NCBI GenBank assembly: GCA_905178155.1
Contig: CAJINV010000010.1
Coordinates: 456,074 to 520,073, forward strand
Direction of reading: 5' to 3'
DNA: 64,000 bases
From: Amoebophrya sp. A120
Taxonomy: Eukaryota; Protista; Dinoflagellata
Position 1 is the stretch's first letter; each line of letters starts with the position of its first letter. The translations under genes and the position numbers were made by a program. Positions 10,694 to 24,300 of the stretch are shown one piece after another. Below the pieces are notes generated by a model, which saw nothing but the letters and a program-made list of their open reading frames with translations, had not been told where the DNA came from and did no database searches.

Positions 10694-13600
10694 TCATTTC
10701 CCCGGCGACAAAGACGACGCTGCAGCGGAAGAAGACGCAGCACCCCCTTCCTCCCCCAATGAAATGCAAATATGTCTGGGTCTGGAAGAGTGTGATGCTG
10801 TTTGTGCATGACACAGAAGGTCTAGCATGCAAGTCCTAGCAACACAGGTTTTGAGTAGGTTACGTTAGGCGATGCCTAAGTAATCCGCATGACAAAGTTC
10901 CCTCTTTTGGTAGCAAGAAATGAGCAACTTTTGCGGTCCATGGATGACAGATTTTTTTCTGGTCTCAAATACGCATGAGAAATTTACATGTTTCCAGACC
11001 CAGACATTTTTGCAATCCATACCCCCGCCACCGTTCCAACATCAGGGCACGACGTGTTCTGTCGCACCTTCCCCGGTCCGGTGGAGGCATCGGAACTTTT
11101 CTCGTCGCTGCTGTTAGAAAAAGATTTTTCGCTGCTTGCGCAAGACGTATTGTTGCTGGTGCTGGAAGACGTTCTGCCGTGGTTGCCCGCACGCTGATGC
11201 TGCTGGTCCTGTTGCTGCTGCCACGAGGAACGCTGCCGCGAGTGCGTGGCGTTCTGAAGGTTGTTTGACGAGGTCAAAAAAAATACACATCTTCATGATT
11301 TGTCATGCATTGATGCAACCCCGAAATAAATCGCTACTGCATGAGCATGCGCATGCTTGTCAACGTGCATTACAAACTCCTTTTACCTCAGCCCTGACGC
11401 CGCAGTAGTGAATCTGTTTTTTCGGGTCGCGTTCTATCCTGTGCAAAAGTATCGTACTCGTAGTAATCGCAGCCATGCATTACAAATTTCTCTCTGAAGT
11501 TAAATCCGCATTACAAATTTTATTTCTCATGCTGTGGAAATTTGTCATGCGATTTATTTTATACTAGTGAGATGCTTTTGCATTTCATACGTTCGATGGT
11601 CTTGCCAATCGAGATGTCGTCCACGTTGTCAATTCCGTCCTCCTCGATCCATTTCCGCACGTCGAGCTCGATCTTCTGGCACTTCTGTTCCAATTGGTAA
11701 GCATCCTGTCCCGACCGGCTGTAGTTCGTTAAATGCGTTTTGTAGTGCACTTTCGCGAAATCCAGAAGGGCCTGGAAAAGCAGAAACCGGAACTGGAAGT
11801 TCGTGGAACCTGGAGTCGGTAGTTTTGGGTGTGGATTTATTTTCTGGTTTGCGAATAATTGTTTTTTTCTAGGTATTGTACATGATGCACAGCCCATGCA
11901 TATCAAAACCCTGTGAACAAGTTGGAGGAAAGAGCTTTCGGAACGAAAACGAATGCTAATAAAAAATTACTTAAATACGCTATACCGATCTTGTAAGCAA
12001 ATCTTCTGTTGGCCAGCAATTCATGCGCATCGCTCACGTATCCGCAAAAGCACATCAGGCGGGCGGTATGTTGGGAAAATCTTGACCTTGAGGCTAGAAC
12101 GTGACAGAATTAAGTATACAAGATTTGCATTCACCGCTTCTTGCTTGAAGGGATGGCACCACTTGTAAGCCTGTACGACCAAATGCATATTAATCCTCTC
12201 TTTAGGCCGCCATGGACGCACCACCCGTTCTTATTCTTGTACTACTTCTAAATAAGCGAATCACAATCCATTTGACTTGTCCAGCATCCCCAACATCAAC
12301 TTTTCCCTCGATACATCAGCGCCGCGTCGCTGTGCGCGTTGTAGTATGCAATGCAAAGTATAAGTATCGCACTACTAGTATAAATTGCATTACAAATTTC
12401 CCCAGCATTACAAGTTGAATTTGTAATGCTGATTTGCTTTGAAAAAGAGATTTGTATATGCATCACTGCAATTAGTACGAGCGCGATACTTTTGCAGTGC
12501 ATATGTAGTACCCCGTCTGCGGACTGGTGAACGTGTAGAACTGCCGCAAAAACACCGGGTAGTAGTGCTCCAGGACCGACTGCTGAAATGGCAGATTGTT
12601 GGGGCGGTACCGCTCGAATGCGGAACACATCATGCACCAGATCCGGCTGTTTGACGGGATGTTGTGCCGCTCCTGGTAGTCCACGATCTGCCACAGCATC
12701 TCCCAGCACTGTTCCTTCGAGATGTCCGGGTTGATTTTGTGGAAGTATTTGTTAATGAGAAAACTAGTCACGTGCAAAATCCCATTCGTGTCCAACTTCC
12801 GGTGCGATTGCATTTTGTTTTTCTTCTGGTAAACGGAAATTTGTTCCTGGATCACCTCGTGCAATTGCGAGAAGGATCCCGGGCCCGGGTTCAAAATTTG
12901 CTGGTACCGCTGCAACCCCTTCAGGAAGTTGGGCTGTTTGCTGTTCATGTTAATGCTGTTGATGTTGTGATTCGAGGACCCGGCGCCATTTATTTTTCCT
13001 TGCGGATTGGAACAACTTGTGGACGAAGATCCTGCGATAATATTGCCCCCGCTGGCATGCTGACAACTGTGGCTCAGTTTCTGCAGCGCGAGGTTTTTGT
13101 TACTACCCGATGTTGAACTTCGCTGCTGCAGCGCCGTCGTGTGCTGCTGGTGTTGTTCCAAAATTTTAGAAGCGGAAATGTTCGACCGGTTGCTGATGCT
13201 CAACGCAGTTTGCGGCGACATGTTGTAGTAGAGCTCTTGTTGGTGCAGTCCGCTTGCTATGGAACTGTCAGGATTGAAATTGACAAAGTTGAAATGATTT
13301 GTCATGCATGAAATGGATGCCAGTTCGTTGGAACCCAGTTTCTAAGTGGCGCATGACAAATTTCGGTGGTCCTTAAATCCAGTTTGTCATGCTGTTTAGG
13401 CAAAGAAGAGGGATTTTCTCATGCTACTTTAGCAGCTCGAGCTCTAACCCCAAACAGGCTTACAATCGGCCTCACTTGCCTGCTCTGCAACACACGCACC
13501 TCGCGTCATGCATTTTCTGCATTGCAATTTGTTTCAACTTTGACGATTTCAAACCTGACGCTTCCATACTTGCCGCGGCCGACACATTCGTAATGGGCGA

Positions 13601-14892
13601 CGGACAGGGCGACGGGTGGAAAGATCCAGCTCCTTGGGTCGTCGAACAAGCGTTGTAACTGTAGGTCAGATTCCCCGGGAAGTCGTAGTTGAAATCGGTG
13701 TAGCCGTGTTGATCCGCGGTGGTATCACCGCCGGGATTGGTCCAATACGCCGCGGCTCCGGGGGAAGACAGCGGAGACGTGCTCGGCGGATGTTGAGTGA
13801 CCACTCCGGTTGGAGGATGTGCGCCAGCAGTAGTACTACCCCAGCACTGCGGATGATGGTGATGCGGTTATCCTATGTAAAAACGTCCCCACGCCACGGT
13901 TGTATTGCAAATCTGAGTGCTGAAATTGTTTCTCATGCGGAGCCCCATGAGAAGCATTTTCCAATCGTGTTTTGCAATTTGTCATGCTCCAATCAGCATG
14001 ATATACTAGGTCTGTGATGCTGCTGAGCTAGCTCAAACAGCACTACGCTACGAGTCCAAATCTGTCATGCAAGACAGCCAAAACTTGTGGATTTGTCTAG
14101 CCAATCCCCCATCTTGACTATGGGGTGGGGACGTTTTTACATAGGATAGCGGTTGCTGGCTGGCCGCTCCACTGTAGGCTGTCGACGCTGACTGTGCCTG
14201 GTTGTTAAGTTGAGGCGGTGTTTGTCATCATCTTTAATTTTCATTCTGAAGCAGAACCTGGCGACGAGTGCCTCGGCATGCAGGCACCCGCATTGGATGA
14301 ACAAGATGAACGAACGTCCCCCGAAACTAAAGAATGCCATTAGCACAATAAAGAACCTCCCTACCTGCCCAGTTGATTCCAGCGACTCCAAAGACGAGCG
14401 GCAGCTCGCGCCAGCAGCGACCGTTGCACCACCACCCTCCGCAGCTAACTCCTGCTTGAACAAAGACGTACACAACCCCCCGTTTTTCCCGTTTTCCTGC
14501 TGGTGCCGCAGAATGGCCTGCCGCGTCTTCTTGATCAGCTGACTTGCGTTGTGCGGCGTTTCTTCAGTGTAGTCGTGCTGCGGGTTCATAATTTCCTCGT
14601 TGGAAGAACTCGTCTTGGAATTGTTGTCAGAGTTGCTGTAAAACAGCTTCGTCGGCTGCATCTCCGATCCCCAGACAGGACTGTAGGTCAACTTCGTCGG
14701 TTGCAAATCAGAACCCCAGGACCGCTCTGGAATAGTTGGCGGCTGCTTGGAGGTTGGGTTCGTGGTTTGATTCTTCGCTGGGGCGTTGTGGTTGCAATTG
14801 GGATTTTCCACGGTCAACGACCCGCTGTCATCGCGCGACTCGGATGAAATCGTGGTAAAGGAACGGGAAATCAGGTTGGAGGACTGTTTCAT
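10694..14892 (-). CDS. Large hypothetical protein with low-complexity S/Q/N regions and a helical core; 5 introners plus canonical introns
   Basis: Frames join across 13869-14148 (QQP|HHH), 13258-13568 (AAAS|GLH), 12345-12503, 11435-11589 and 10758-11021; TGA at 10694. The 5' end is uncertain. Confidence 0.6.
10758..11021. mobile_element. Introner family B
   Basis: TIR (left end AAT); TSD ccccc. Confidence 0.9.
11435..11589. mobile_element. Introner family A
   Basis: TIR; TSD cgttc. Confidence 0.94.
12345..12503. mobile_element. Introner family A
   Basis: TIR; TSD tgtag. Confidence 0.92.
13258..13568. mobile_element. Introner, singleton family
   Basis: TIR TATGGAA..GTCAGG.TTGAAAT.G.CAAAGTTGAAA; TSD cttgc. 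Confidence 0.9.
13869..14148. mobile_element. Introner family E (~290 bp)
   Basis: Perfect 24-bp TIR TATCCTATGTAAAAACGTCCCCAC; TSD gcggt. Confidence 0.95.
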
Positions 14893-15764
14893 ATTTGTGA
14901 TGATAAACAACAACAAGATAGAAGATTAGGGTTTAGGGTGCTATATACTTGTTTCTTCCGCTACTCGTCCAACACACAATGGGACTCATGACACAATCCG
15001 GCCGCGTGACAAACCGAAATACGGCAAAACAACTTCTTACCTCGGCCGAACAGGATTGAAAAGCCGCTCCGGGCGTCGGAATTGCGAAGCTGCCATCAGA
15101 ACTGGGAAGCGCGATGGACGAAATTTGCTCCGATTCTTGCGCCGGCGAGGATCTACGGCTGTTGTTCCTACTGCTGCGAATATGCAGTACCGCACTTTGA
15201 CTCGTCGGAAGGACGTCCTTGGCCGCGACGAAACGTAAACCAGGGGAGCTGCGACTCGCCGAGTTTTGCTGGCGCTGCTGGTTCCTGATGAGTTTTATTT
15301 TAGGTTGGTCATGCACGACATCCACGCTGAATGGGGGTATGTTGAAGCAGTTTCCATAGCCGAACAATGTTTCGGCATGCCAGCGCAAGTTGTACAGAGT
15401 TGTCACAAGATGCTGCTGCAGAGAAACCGAAGCTCCAATAAAATCCTATATTCTATACTGCGCCTGCAAAGTCCGCTGCCGTTGGGATCCTATCAGAGTC
15501 TTCAACCGATTGTAGTTCAAGGAGGGTCCGGCCGCCCGGTCGGCGCTATCCGGAGACCCGAAGTAATCACTACGAGTGTTATTGCTGTTTGCGGTCGCCG
15601 CACGGGGAAGGGGGCCTGAGTTAAAAGTACAATTTTGTCATGCTCAATACGCTTACGCGGCGTAGTGTGGATGTGAATGTGATAAGAGTATAGTACTTCT
15701 TAATGCGCAACACAAGCATCATCACGCCGTAAAAATGACACTCAGAACCGAGAGTACTACTTAC

Positions 15765-17312
15765 TCAAATGCCACCAAACCTACCTGTCCCCTGCTTCAC
15801 AGCACCACCACCACCACCGCTTCCATTGCACGCGGAATCGACTCTCCCCAGAGTGCTGTAGTTCCCGTTCTGGTAAATTTCGTTGGCTACCTGTTGCAAG
15901 TTCTGCTCGTAAATTTCGTTCTCCGCGGAAAACCCGAAGTTGGTGTACTGCCCCTGCTGTCGTTGTTCCTGACGCCAGAAATCCTGCGGACCACCGGCGT
16001 TTGAAGTCGTTCCCGCTCTCGGTAACATCAAACGGTCCTCACTTACAGTCGTGTTAATCACGTCACCGGTCACGTTCTTGTTCCCTCCTGACCGCCTCCC
16101 CCCGCTCATGTTCAAGGCATGCCGCTCGTTTTGCTCCTTCAGCAGTTTCAAATCCAGGCACGGTGGCCGGGCTGGCGGCGGCGGTAGCAAACTGGGCGAA
16201 GACTGCTGCTTCGGCGCGGGCTCTAATTCATCGAAGATGGAGGTGGGCGTGTTTTTCAGGCTGTTGCTGGGGTGGTTTTTGTTGACAGAACTACCGCAAG
16301 AACTATGATCCCGTTGGTCGTTGATGTTCATGATTTTGTTGTACTCCAGAATGTCCTGTTGCCGCTTTATGTTCGCCTCTTCCTCCTCGTCTCTCTCGCC
16401 GGCATTGTTGCTCGTCGTCGTTTTTACCAGCGGTGAGCATGACAACACCCTAGCGACGTTCAGGTCGTTTAGCACCGTGCTGTGATTCAACACTTCCACT
16501 GAAGCTCTAGACACGTCGTTCACCGTAGAGCCACCGTCTTGGTCATGCTCTCCCGCTGTGTTGTTGCAACCACCAAAACCGCCGTTCATCAGGGTCGCAC
16601 AGTCAGACAACTGCTCGCTCACCCTGTTGGTACTGTCATCGTTGTTCTCACACGTGGTTGATGCCCCGGTGTTCGTGATGCTGGTCACCGAGGTTTGCTT
16701 CCGCTGCTCGAAAGAAGATAAAAAGTGGCACGGTGCCCCAGTTTCATCTCCTCCAGTATTCGGATCATTTTGGTACGCTCCGAAGTACAGTTGATGGTGT
16801 TGGTCCTCTGGCGAGCTGCAAAACCCCGACATGCTATGGTGGTTATTGTAAAAACCGCCGAACGAAGTGTAGTGGTCATCGGGCGGCGACGCAGCGCCCT
16901 CCGACGGAAGGTAAGTCGAGGGGGAGGAACCGTCGAACAGCTGCTGATGGGAAGCGTGCTGGTGGTCCGCCTCCTTGTTGACGTGGTCTTGACACTTATT
17001 TTCATCAGAATCTGCAGCAGAACCACAGCTCTCATGCTGCAGCTGCTGCTTGTAGTTTCTCATCGTGGGCTTAGTTGTCATTTTGTTTGCGGGATAAAGT
17101 AAAGCAGGAGAACCACCGACCCCGTGTTCTTCGTTATCGTCCAGGAAGTCCTCCGCTTCCATCTTTTCCGTGTTGTTCGCCTCTTCTATGCTAATCCTGT
17201 CCAAAAAGCGTGTGAGTAGGGAGTTGTCCCCCCTATAATTTCTGGTGTTCTCCTTGTCCTTGGTTGTACTATGGTCCTTCAAGGAAGTGTAGTCCTCTCG
17301 ATGTGCTCGCAC
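15765..17312 (-). CDS. Low-complexity coding exon, probably an upstream part of the 10.7-14.9 kb gene
   Basis: 515-aa open frame rich in N/S/Q/D, ending near a G|GTAGGT donor at ~15785; no recognisable domain. Confidence 0.55.
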   Translation of the reverse strand: MRAHREDYTSLKDHSTTKDKENTRNYRGDNSLLTRFLDRISIEEANNTEKMEAEDFLDDNEEHGVGGSPALLYPANKMTTKPTMRNYKQQLQHESCGSAADSDENKCQDHVNKEADHQHASHQQLFDGSSPSTYLPSEGAASPPDDHYTSFGGFYNNHHSMSGFCSSPEDQHHQLYFGAYQNDPNTGGDETGAPCHFLSSFEQRKQTSVTSITNTGASTTCENNDDSTNRVSEQLSDCATLMNGGFGGCNNTAGEHDQDGGSTVNDVSRASVEVLNHSTVLNDLNVARVLSCSPLVKTTTSNNAGERDEEEEANIKRQQDILEYNKIMNINDQRDHSSCGSSVNKNHPSNSLKNTPTSIFDELEPAPKQQSSPSLLPPPPARPPCLDLKLLKEQNERHALNMSGGRRSGGNKNVTGDVINTTVSEDRLMLPRAGTTSNAGGPQDFWRQEQRQQGQYTNFGFSAENEIYEQNLQQVANEIYQNGNYSTLGRVDSACNGSGGGGGAVKQGTGRFGGI

Positions 17313-18550
17313 AAAATAATTTCAGACTGCTGCAAGCATCTTGATCTTGATCGTCGCTGCTTGTACTGCAACTGCTCTTCGTCTTCTCCTTTGAATAAAA
17401 CTTGGTTTGTGGTAAATTTATTTCTCGTCTTTACATTTCGCAATCGTGGTCGTCGTTCTGTAGTTTCTCGTCGTTGTACTTACACAAGGATGAGAATCTG
17501 TTGGTAAAGAAGTTTGCTGGTTTGACACATCAATCTTCAGTACATCGTTGATACTGGGTATCCTTAGAAATTATCTGCTGGACAAGGACGAGATGCAGAT
17601 CTACTGCAGAAGGTCCTCGAGAAGTAGTTGTTTCTGCAGCTGAGGATGTGTCGTAGAAAATTCCGGTGGTTTCGCGGGTCCCGCAGTAAGGAGTCGTTGC
17701 TGCTGTAGTTTTCCACACGGCGCACGAGCCACTTGTAGATGAGGTGGCTCTCCCGCCGGCCCGGCACAACAGCACGCAACAGGCACGGGTAGAAAATCTG
17801 TGTGGCAATTTACTTCGCAGCTGTTGAAAAGCAAAAGATAGGACAACGATGGAAGGTTTGTGCGTTTGCCCTGCTTTATAAAAACACTCAACAAACTGGA
17901 TGGAAAAAACAGTCCTCGACTAGTACCCTTGGAGCAAGGACACGACAACCTGGACTTACTACAACAACCTCAGGCTGAAACACTGACTACTCTGACTGCA
18001 GCTAACTTTTTGGTTCGGGATAATTTTGAATCGCATGATTATCAAATATTTTCTGAACAATGAATCAGGATGAAGAAACACACCAAGACACTGTGTGCCG
18101 TGAAAAAGGATCAGTTGGGACCGTCAAGAAAGTTCTTCAACAAGCCTTTACTAGTCACAACTCCTTCTACTTCACGCCTCCTCTCCGCTCTTCCTCCACT
18201 AGTGCAGTTCTCCATTGACGGCATGAACACTCTAAATGCATTTATCGACAACATCAGCTTGCAATATTGCATGCGAGTATCATACGAGCGCTGCGTACAA
18301 TCGATGAGAGCGAGGATACATTCTTTCTAGTTGTTCTACGTAGCGACACGACACCCAAGCATCGACAGCGATCAAGTCGAGATAGCGATAGCATCGAAGT
18401 TCGAATGCAAACGAAGCACTACTTGTTGCCACGATTCGCAAAATTATGAAAGGTGTTCTTGTTGTATTTCGATAAATGAAATCTAGCCGCGCAATTCCTG
18501 TGTACTATTACAGCAACTGCAACATCAGCTTAAGCTTGCAGTGCGTACAA

Positions 18551-20257
18551 TCACTCTCCAAAAATGAGATCGAGACACTCTCTACTGGACAAAACGGGAA
18601 AGTCGGGCGAGTGCGCCGTCCGCATCAATTTCTCCGTGCTTAGCAAAATGCTGCCTCGGCTTCCTTTTTGCTGATTCGCGGCTGTACTTGTTGTGTTATC
18701 CCGTATCTCTGGGTTGTAATTTTCCAGTTTTGTCTTCAACCGCTGAACCAGATCCTTTTCGTAATCGACAGCCCCCGGATTGACGAAGTTCAAATTCCCA
18801 CACGTTTTCGTTTTCACCAACTGCGGAATCGTTGGGCATAAGTTGTTATCAAGTGAAAAAGCGTCTGGGCCTGAAAGGTTACCAGGTTTGTCATGCATAT
18901 TTTGCATGACTCAGGATGTCTGTAATGCATGATCTAGCATCACATATTTTTAGAGGCCTTCCTGATGCCTGTCCCGCATGACAAATGCCCTCCCCGCGTA
19001 GCACAAACTGGGCTCCTCTTGTTGCTGGTCACGCAATACAGATTTTTTTAGAGTCCAAAATTAGCATGACAAGTTCCAACCTTCCAGACCCAGACATATT
19101 TGCGATGCATAGTTCTCCAGAAAGGTGATGCTGTTCATTGCTTTGTCCACCCGCGTGAAATTCCGTAGCTTATCACATGCAAAAGTGTCTGGGTCTGGAA
19201 GGTGGTAACTTGTGATGCTGTCTTTGGATTCCAAAAAAACTCTGTATTGCATGACTAGCAAAAGGAGTCCATTTTGTGCTACACGGGGAGGGCATTTCTC
19301 ATGCGGAATAAGCATCAGGAAGCGTTCTAAAAATCTGGGATGCTAGGGCATGCATTACAGGCGTCATTGGTCATGCAAAATATGCATGACAAACCTGGCA
19401 ATCTTCCAGACCCAGACATTTTTTCACTTGATACAGCTTCCCCAGCAGCGACTGCTTGTTCTCGAATGTCCTGTATGAATTGCAAAAGCATCCCATCGTA
19501 CTCGTATATATGCATTACAAATTTCCTCAGCGTGAGAAATAAAATTTGTAATGCTAATTTACCTTAAGAAAAAGATTTGTGATGCATGATTGGAATACGA
19601 GTACGATACTTTTGCACAGGATATCCTGTCCTTCATCGAGATCGGGAATTGCACGCGCAGATTCAGCACGTTCGGGTAGTAGCTGAGCAGATCCTCTAAG
19701 ACGCAGCGCGCTTTGCGGTAGAAATGGACCGTGGGCATGGTTGACCCGTCTTTACAGTCTATGTTGTCGATGTAGTCGGCTCCTTTTATTGTGTCCTTCT
19801 CCTCGTCATAGTAGTCTTGGTTCACGATCCTTGCATCCTCTGGTTCCATCGGCGGGTAAACCATGCAGCTGCCGACGAAGGTGCAGTGGATAGGGTTTTG
19901 ATTGGTCGCGTTTTCTGCTTTGATATTTTCACCCTCTACAACTTCTTCGCCCAAGACGCGACACGCCCGCGCGACGTTCAGCTGGCCGAGAATGTTGGCC
20001 TCGATCGTTTCACAAGGATGGTCCAAGCACCAGTCGATATTTGGCTGGCCGCGCACCCCGGCCGAATTAATCACGCCGTAGCGGATGGGTTGGCTCTGCT
20101 TGATAAAGTTCAGCACCCCCTCTGCGTTTTCCAGGCGGAGCGACTTGGGGTTGGTGACAACTTTGAGGTTTTGTTTCTCCAACGCTTCCAGAATGTGCTG
20201 TCCGATAAAACCGGAGGCGCCGAAAAGAACGAAATCGCAACCGGGGGTGGAGGACAT
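18551..20257 (-). CDS. NDP-4-keto-6-deoxyglucose 3,5-epimerase/4-reductase (NRS/ER-like, rhamnose synthesis); 3 introners
   Basis: LFGASGFIG Rossmann motif, SAGVRGQPNIDWC...ETIEANILG, FYRKARCVLEDLL, NLRVQFPIS, then after element removal LLGKL|RNFTRV..NSITFLEN|LCP..GNLNFVNPG. Confidence 0.88.
18847..19111. mobile_element. Introner family B
   Basis: TIR; TSD gttgt/gttct. Confidence 0.92.
19171..19433. mobile_element. Introner family B
   Basis: TIR; TSD tagct/cagct. Confidence 0.92.
19474..19623. mobile_element. Introner family A
   Basis: TIR; TSD tcctg. Confidence 0.94.
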
Positions 20258-21370
20258 TTTTTTTTTTGACGAAGGTCGAGCTTCCGGGTGGCGGGCCCGC
20301 CGGGGGGTTCGGCTTCTTATGTAAATTTTCTTGAAGTTGTAACAAGCGAAACGTGCAAGCGCTCTTTCAAATTCAAAACGGGCTCATGAGATAGAATCGC
20401 GATGGGGCGAGCAATCTTCGGGCATCCGTGGCAATAATTCGCTTTGATGGTAGTTGGAATCACACGACTTCTGAGCACGCACCGAAAGTGACGACAAGAA
20501 CGCCGGCAGAAAGATGGAACACTTCTTCAAGCCCTTTGCTTGTTGTATCTTCTCCGGGCTGCTTTGCAGCCTCCAAACGCATGTACTCATGTACAGGACA
20601 AATTTGGTATTATACAGCTAATGTAGAAATGTGTTGATTGCAGTCGTTGACATGTTCTTGCGTTCCAGCTCCAGACGAATCGGTCGATTTAGTCGCCCAC
20701 CTGCTAAGTGGGATTGGGAATAATAGAGACTATAGCTTAAGCACGCTACCTATCACATTGCTAGGAAGTACATGTATAAGCTAAAGCGAAAAAAGATCAT
20801 GACGCAAGAAAATAAAAAGGGCTAAATTGACTGTGAAAAGAGTACTGGGGCAAATTTCTAAAAAACCTCGTTGCCGAACTAGCGCCATGCCGCAAGTGCA
20901 AAAATCACATATAATATGCCACGCTGATGCAAACTTTATGCATGCTGAAATCAGCGCAGTTTCGGTTTTAATTGTTCTTTTATGGTGAGCTTTATGCTGT
21001 CGAGTTCAAGTTTTTAATTTGGGATCATACATCATGTCTAGCTCAACACGTCAACATCTCGACTTTCTCAGAAGGTCAAAAGCGAAGAAATGTAGTTGAG
21101 CTGTTGCTTTCTAAAATCATGTAACGACAGTGAACCTAAATGTGTGCCTGCCTGTGCCTGCATGTATGCAAAAATAAATAAAAACCGTTGCAAATAAAGA
21201 CTTAGACTGCCCGCCCACAGCGACATCGTTGCGGATGTACAAGTACATGGCACCCACCTGCCTATTTGCATTTTCCTTGAGTAGACCAGGAACACGAAAT
21301 ATGTGCTCAGTATGCATAGTGCGGCTCCAAAGATCGACAAGACTCTACTCTCCTCGTCCAATGTCAAAAT

Positions 21371-24300
21371 TTACGGCTGCACGGTGATCACCTGATTGTG
21401 GTTGACGAATTCTTCTCCCGAAATGTGGGGAAAAAGCTTGTGCAGCTGTTGCCGGAAGACTGCGTCCTGCGCCGCCATTGGGCCGAGCAGCACTTGCATG
21501 TGTTGCTGTTTATCCGCTGGGATGGGATCGTAGTGGTCGTGCACGGTGATGGCGTGGGGACTGTCGTGATATTGTAAAAAGGCCTGATTCCGAACCTCAT
21601 GATCCCGGTGTAGCCACAGCAAATCCCGCAGCGCGACGGCGAAAAACGTGCGCTGGAAGGCCTTCAGAAGTGGCAACTGGCTCTGCTGGTCGTGCGGTCC
21701 AATCTCCACTCCGGTGGGCCACTGATGAGAAAAGTCTCCCGTCTTCAGCTGCATCAGCAGAATTTTCTTCTCCATGGGGCAGATCTGCCCGAGGGGGGTC
21801 TCGTTGAAATTTTGAACCACTGTTGGAATACTCAAATCGTCGAGCAAATGAACAAACTGCAGGCCCAATGAATCGTACAGCACTGGCCCCGCACTGTTTG
21901 ATAAGAGGCTGGGAAGGTCGAGCAGGATGATTTCCCGGAACATTGGGTTTTTGTGAAAAGCATTTTCGGTGAACCGGGCGCCAAGTCGGCCGGATCGGTA
22001 GTAATTTCGTTCTCCCATTTGCCACAGTCGCTCCACTTTCCTGGACATGCCGCTCGCCTCCAGCATGTAAGAGCTGTAGAAGGCCGCGACCTTCATATCG
22101 TAAGGAAAAATCCCCCCTCCCCATATCGATAAGGCACACCTCAGAAAATTTGCCATGCTGATTTGTGACCACAAATCGCATCTGTAATGCAAGAAAGCAG
22201 AGCCACAGGCGCCGCCCCATTCTGCAGGCGGTTTGTAATGCTGTTGGGCCTACGGCATAGACGTTCCTCATGCTAAGTGCCTAGGCCAAAACCTCTCGAC
22301 TCCGGCACGATATGGGCCTGCAGTCCTCTCCTGCAAGACAAATCTGATTTGTGTACGCAAATCCAGCATCAGAAATTTTGTTTCGATGTGGGGAGGGTGG
22401 ATTTTTCCTTCTGATACTTCAAGGGGGACAGCACCACCCCACCGAGATTGTCGCCAATCTGCGGTCCCGGGCGGAAGCCTCGGTAGTGCATGGAAAGCTG
22501 GGAGGCCCGTTGCATATGCATTGCAAAAGTATCGCACTCGTAGTAATCGCAGTCATGCATTACAAATCTCCATCCGAAGACAAAACAGCATGCCAAAAAA
22601 TTCCATTTGTTATGCTGAGCCAATTTGTAATGCGATTACTACTAGTACGATTACGTTTGCAATGCATACTGCAAATGATGCAGCATATTCGCGATGGTGA
22701 CGTGAAAGCTTGTGTCGTGGTTCACCATCGGGCCAACACGGCCAACGCCGCGGCCCACGCCGGTGATATCGAATGCAAAAATGTCTGGGTCTGGAAGAAT
22801 GCAAGATTTGTCATGCATATTTCTCATGACCCATGATGCCTGTAATGCATGACGTAGCATCGCAGACTTTTAGAGGGCTACTTTGTGATACCTCTACCGC
22901 ATGAGAAATGCCCTATCCGTGTAGCACAAATTGTACCCCTCTTGCTGGTCCTGCAATACAAATTTTTTATAGAATCCACAGACAGCATCACAAGTTGTGA
23001 CCTTCCAGACCCAGACATTTTTGCAGTTGATAGGTGAAGTGCGCCCGCATGGCACCCTCGGTTACATTATAGCAGGACTCGAACCGGTTTTCATCTAACA
23101 GCAGAAACCCTATCAAATGCAAAAATGTCTGGGTCTGGTGAAGGTTACCAGGTTTGTCATGCATATTTTCCATGACCCAGGATTGTTTGTGATGTATGCT
23201 CTACCATCACAGATTTTCAGAACCCTTCCTGATGCCTATCCCACATGACAAATGCCCTCCGCGCGTAGCACAAAGTGGGCTCCTCTTTTTGGTCATGCAA
23301 TACAGATTTTTTTAGAGTCCAAAGTTAGCAGCACAAGTTCCAACCTTCCAGACCCAGACATATTTGCAATGCATAAACCCGATGAACTGGCCGAGCAAGA
23401 CCGTCTTCTCCACATCCCAAGCGTCCTCGTTGAAATCCGCGTTCCGCCGCAACAGTTCCTGCTCGGTTTCGATTGGAAGCCGGGGGTGCCGCTGGTTTTG
23501 CTGCGCGATCTGGCGTTCCACCATTTGTTCTCCTCCGATCAGTGCGATGTTCGCTATCCCATGTAAAAACGTCCCCACCCCAGATTTGTCATGCAAATCT
23601 GCATGCCTACCATGTTTCTCATGCGCAACCCCAAGAGCAGCACTTTCTCATGCTCACCGGGACTTTGTCATGCTCTAGCCAGGATGAGGAGCTAGGTTTG
23701 CGATGCGGATAATTCATCACTACTAGCCAACCACGAGTTGTACACTAGAGACCCAGACTTGTCATGCGCAGCAGCAAAACCATGCTGATTTGTGTTGCTA
23801 AGTTCCCATCTTGACTCGTCTGGGGTGGTGACGTTTCTCCTCTGGATATTCGCGGCAAACTCATGATCGGCTTGGACGAATTCCATGGACTGCATCGTTT
23901 CGAACAATTTGTCCAGAACCCAGACCATGCTTTATCCTGTGCAAAAGCATCGCACTCGTAGTAATTGCAAACATGCATTACAAATCTTTTTCTCAAGCTA
24001 AATCCGCATTACAAACTTTATTTCTCATGCTGAGGAAATTTGTATATGCAATTATACGAATACGATACTTTTGCAATGCATATGTTTTGCACCTTTCCGA
24101 AACTTCTCTTGACCAATTCGTTCCACGCGGTCACATGCGCCGCGCGGTCGGGATTCATCACATTCGGATTCACAGGATCCAGGTGGTGAACCGCGTGGAT
24201 CATGTGATCTGCGGGCAAGTAGCCCGCCAGCGACCGCCACTGGATCTGCTGGTGCATCGGCATGAGGTCCCCACTTACCGTGTTTTCGTGCCACCAAAGA

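Noticed and set aside
23583-23600. TTTGTCATGCAAAT resembles the animal Sox-Oct composite site
   Set aside because: Chance overlap with the introner motif; no reason to expect those factors here.
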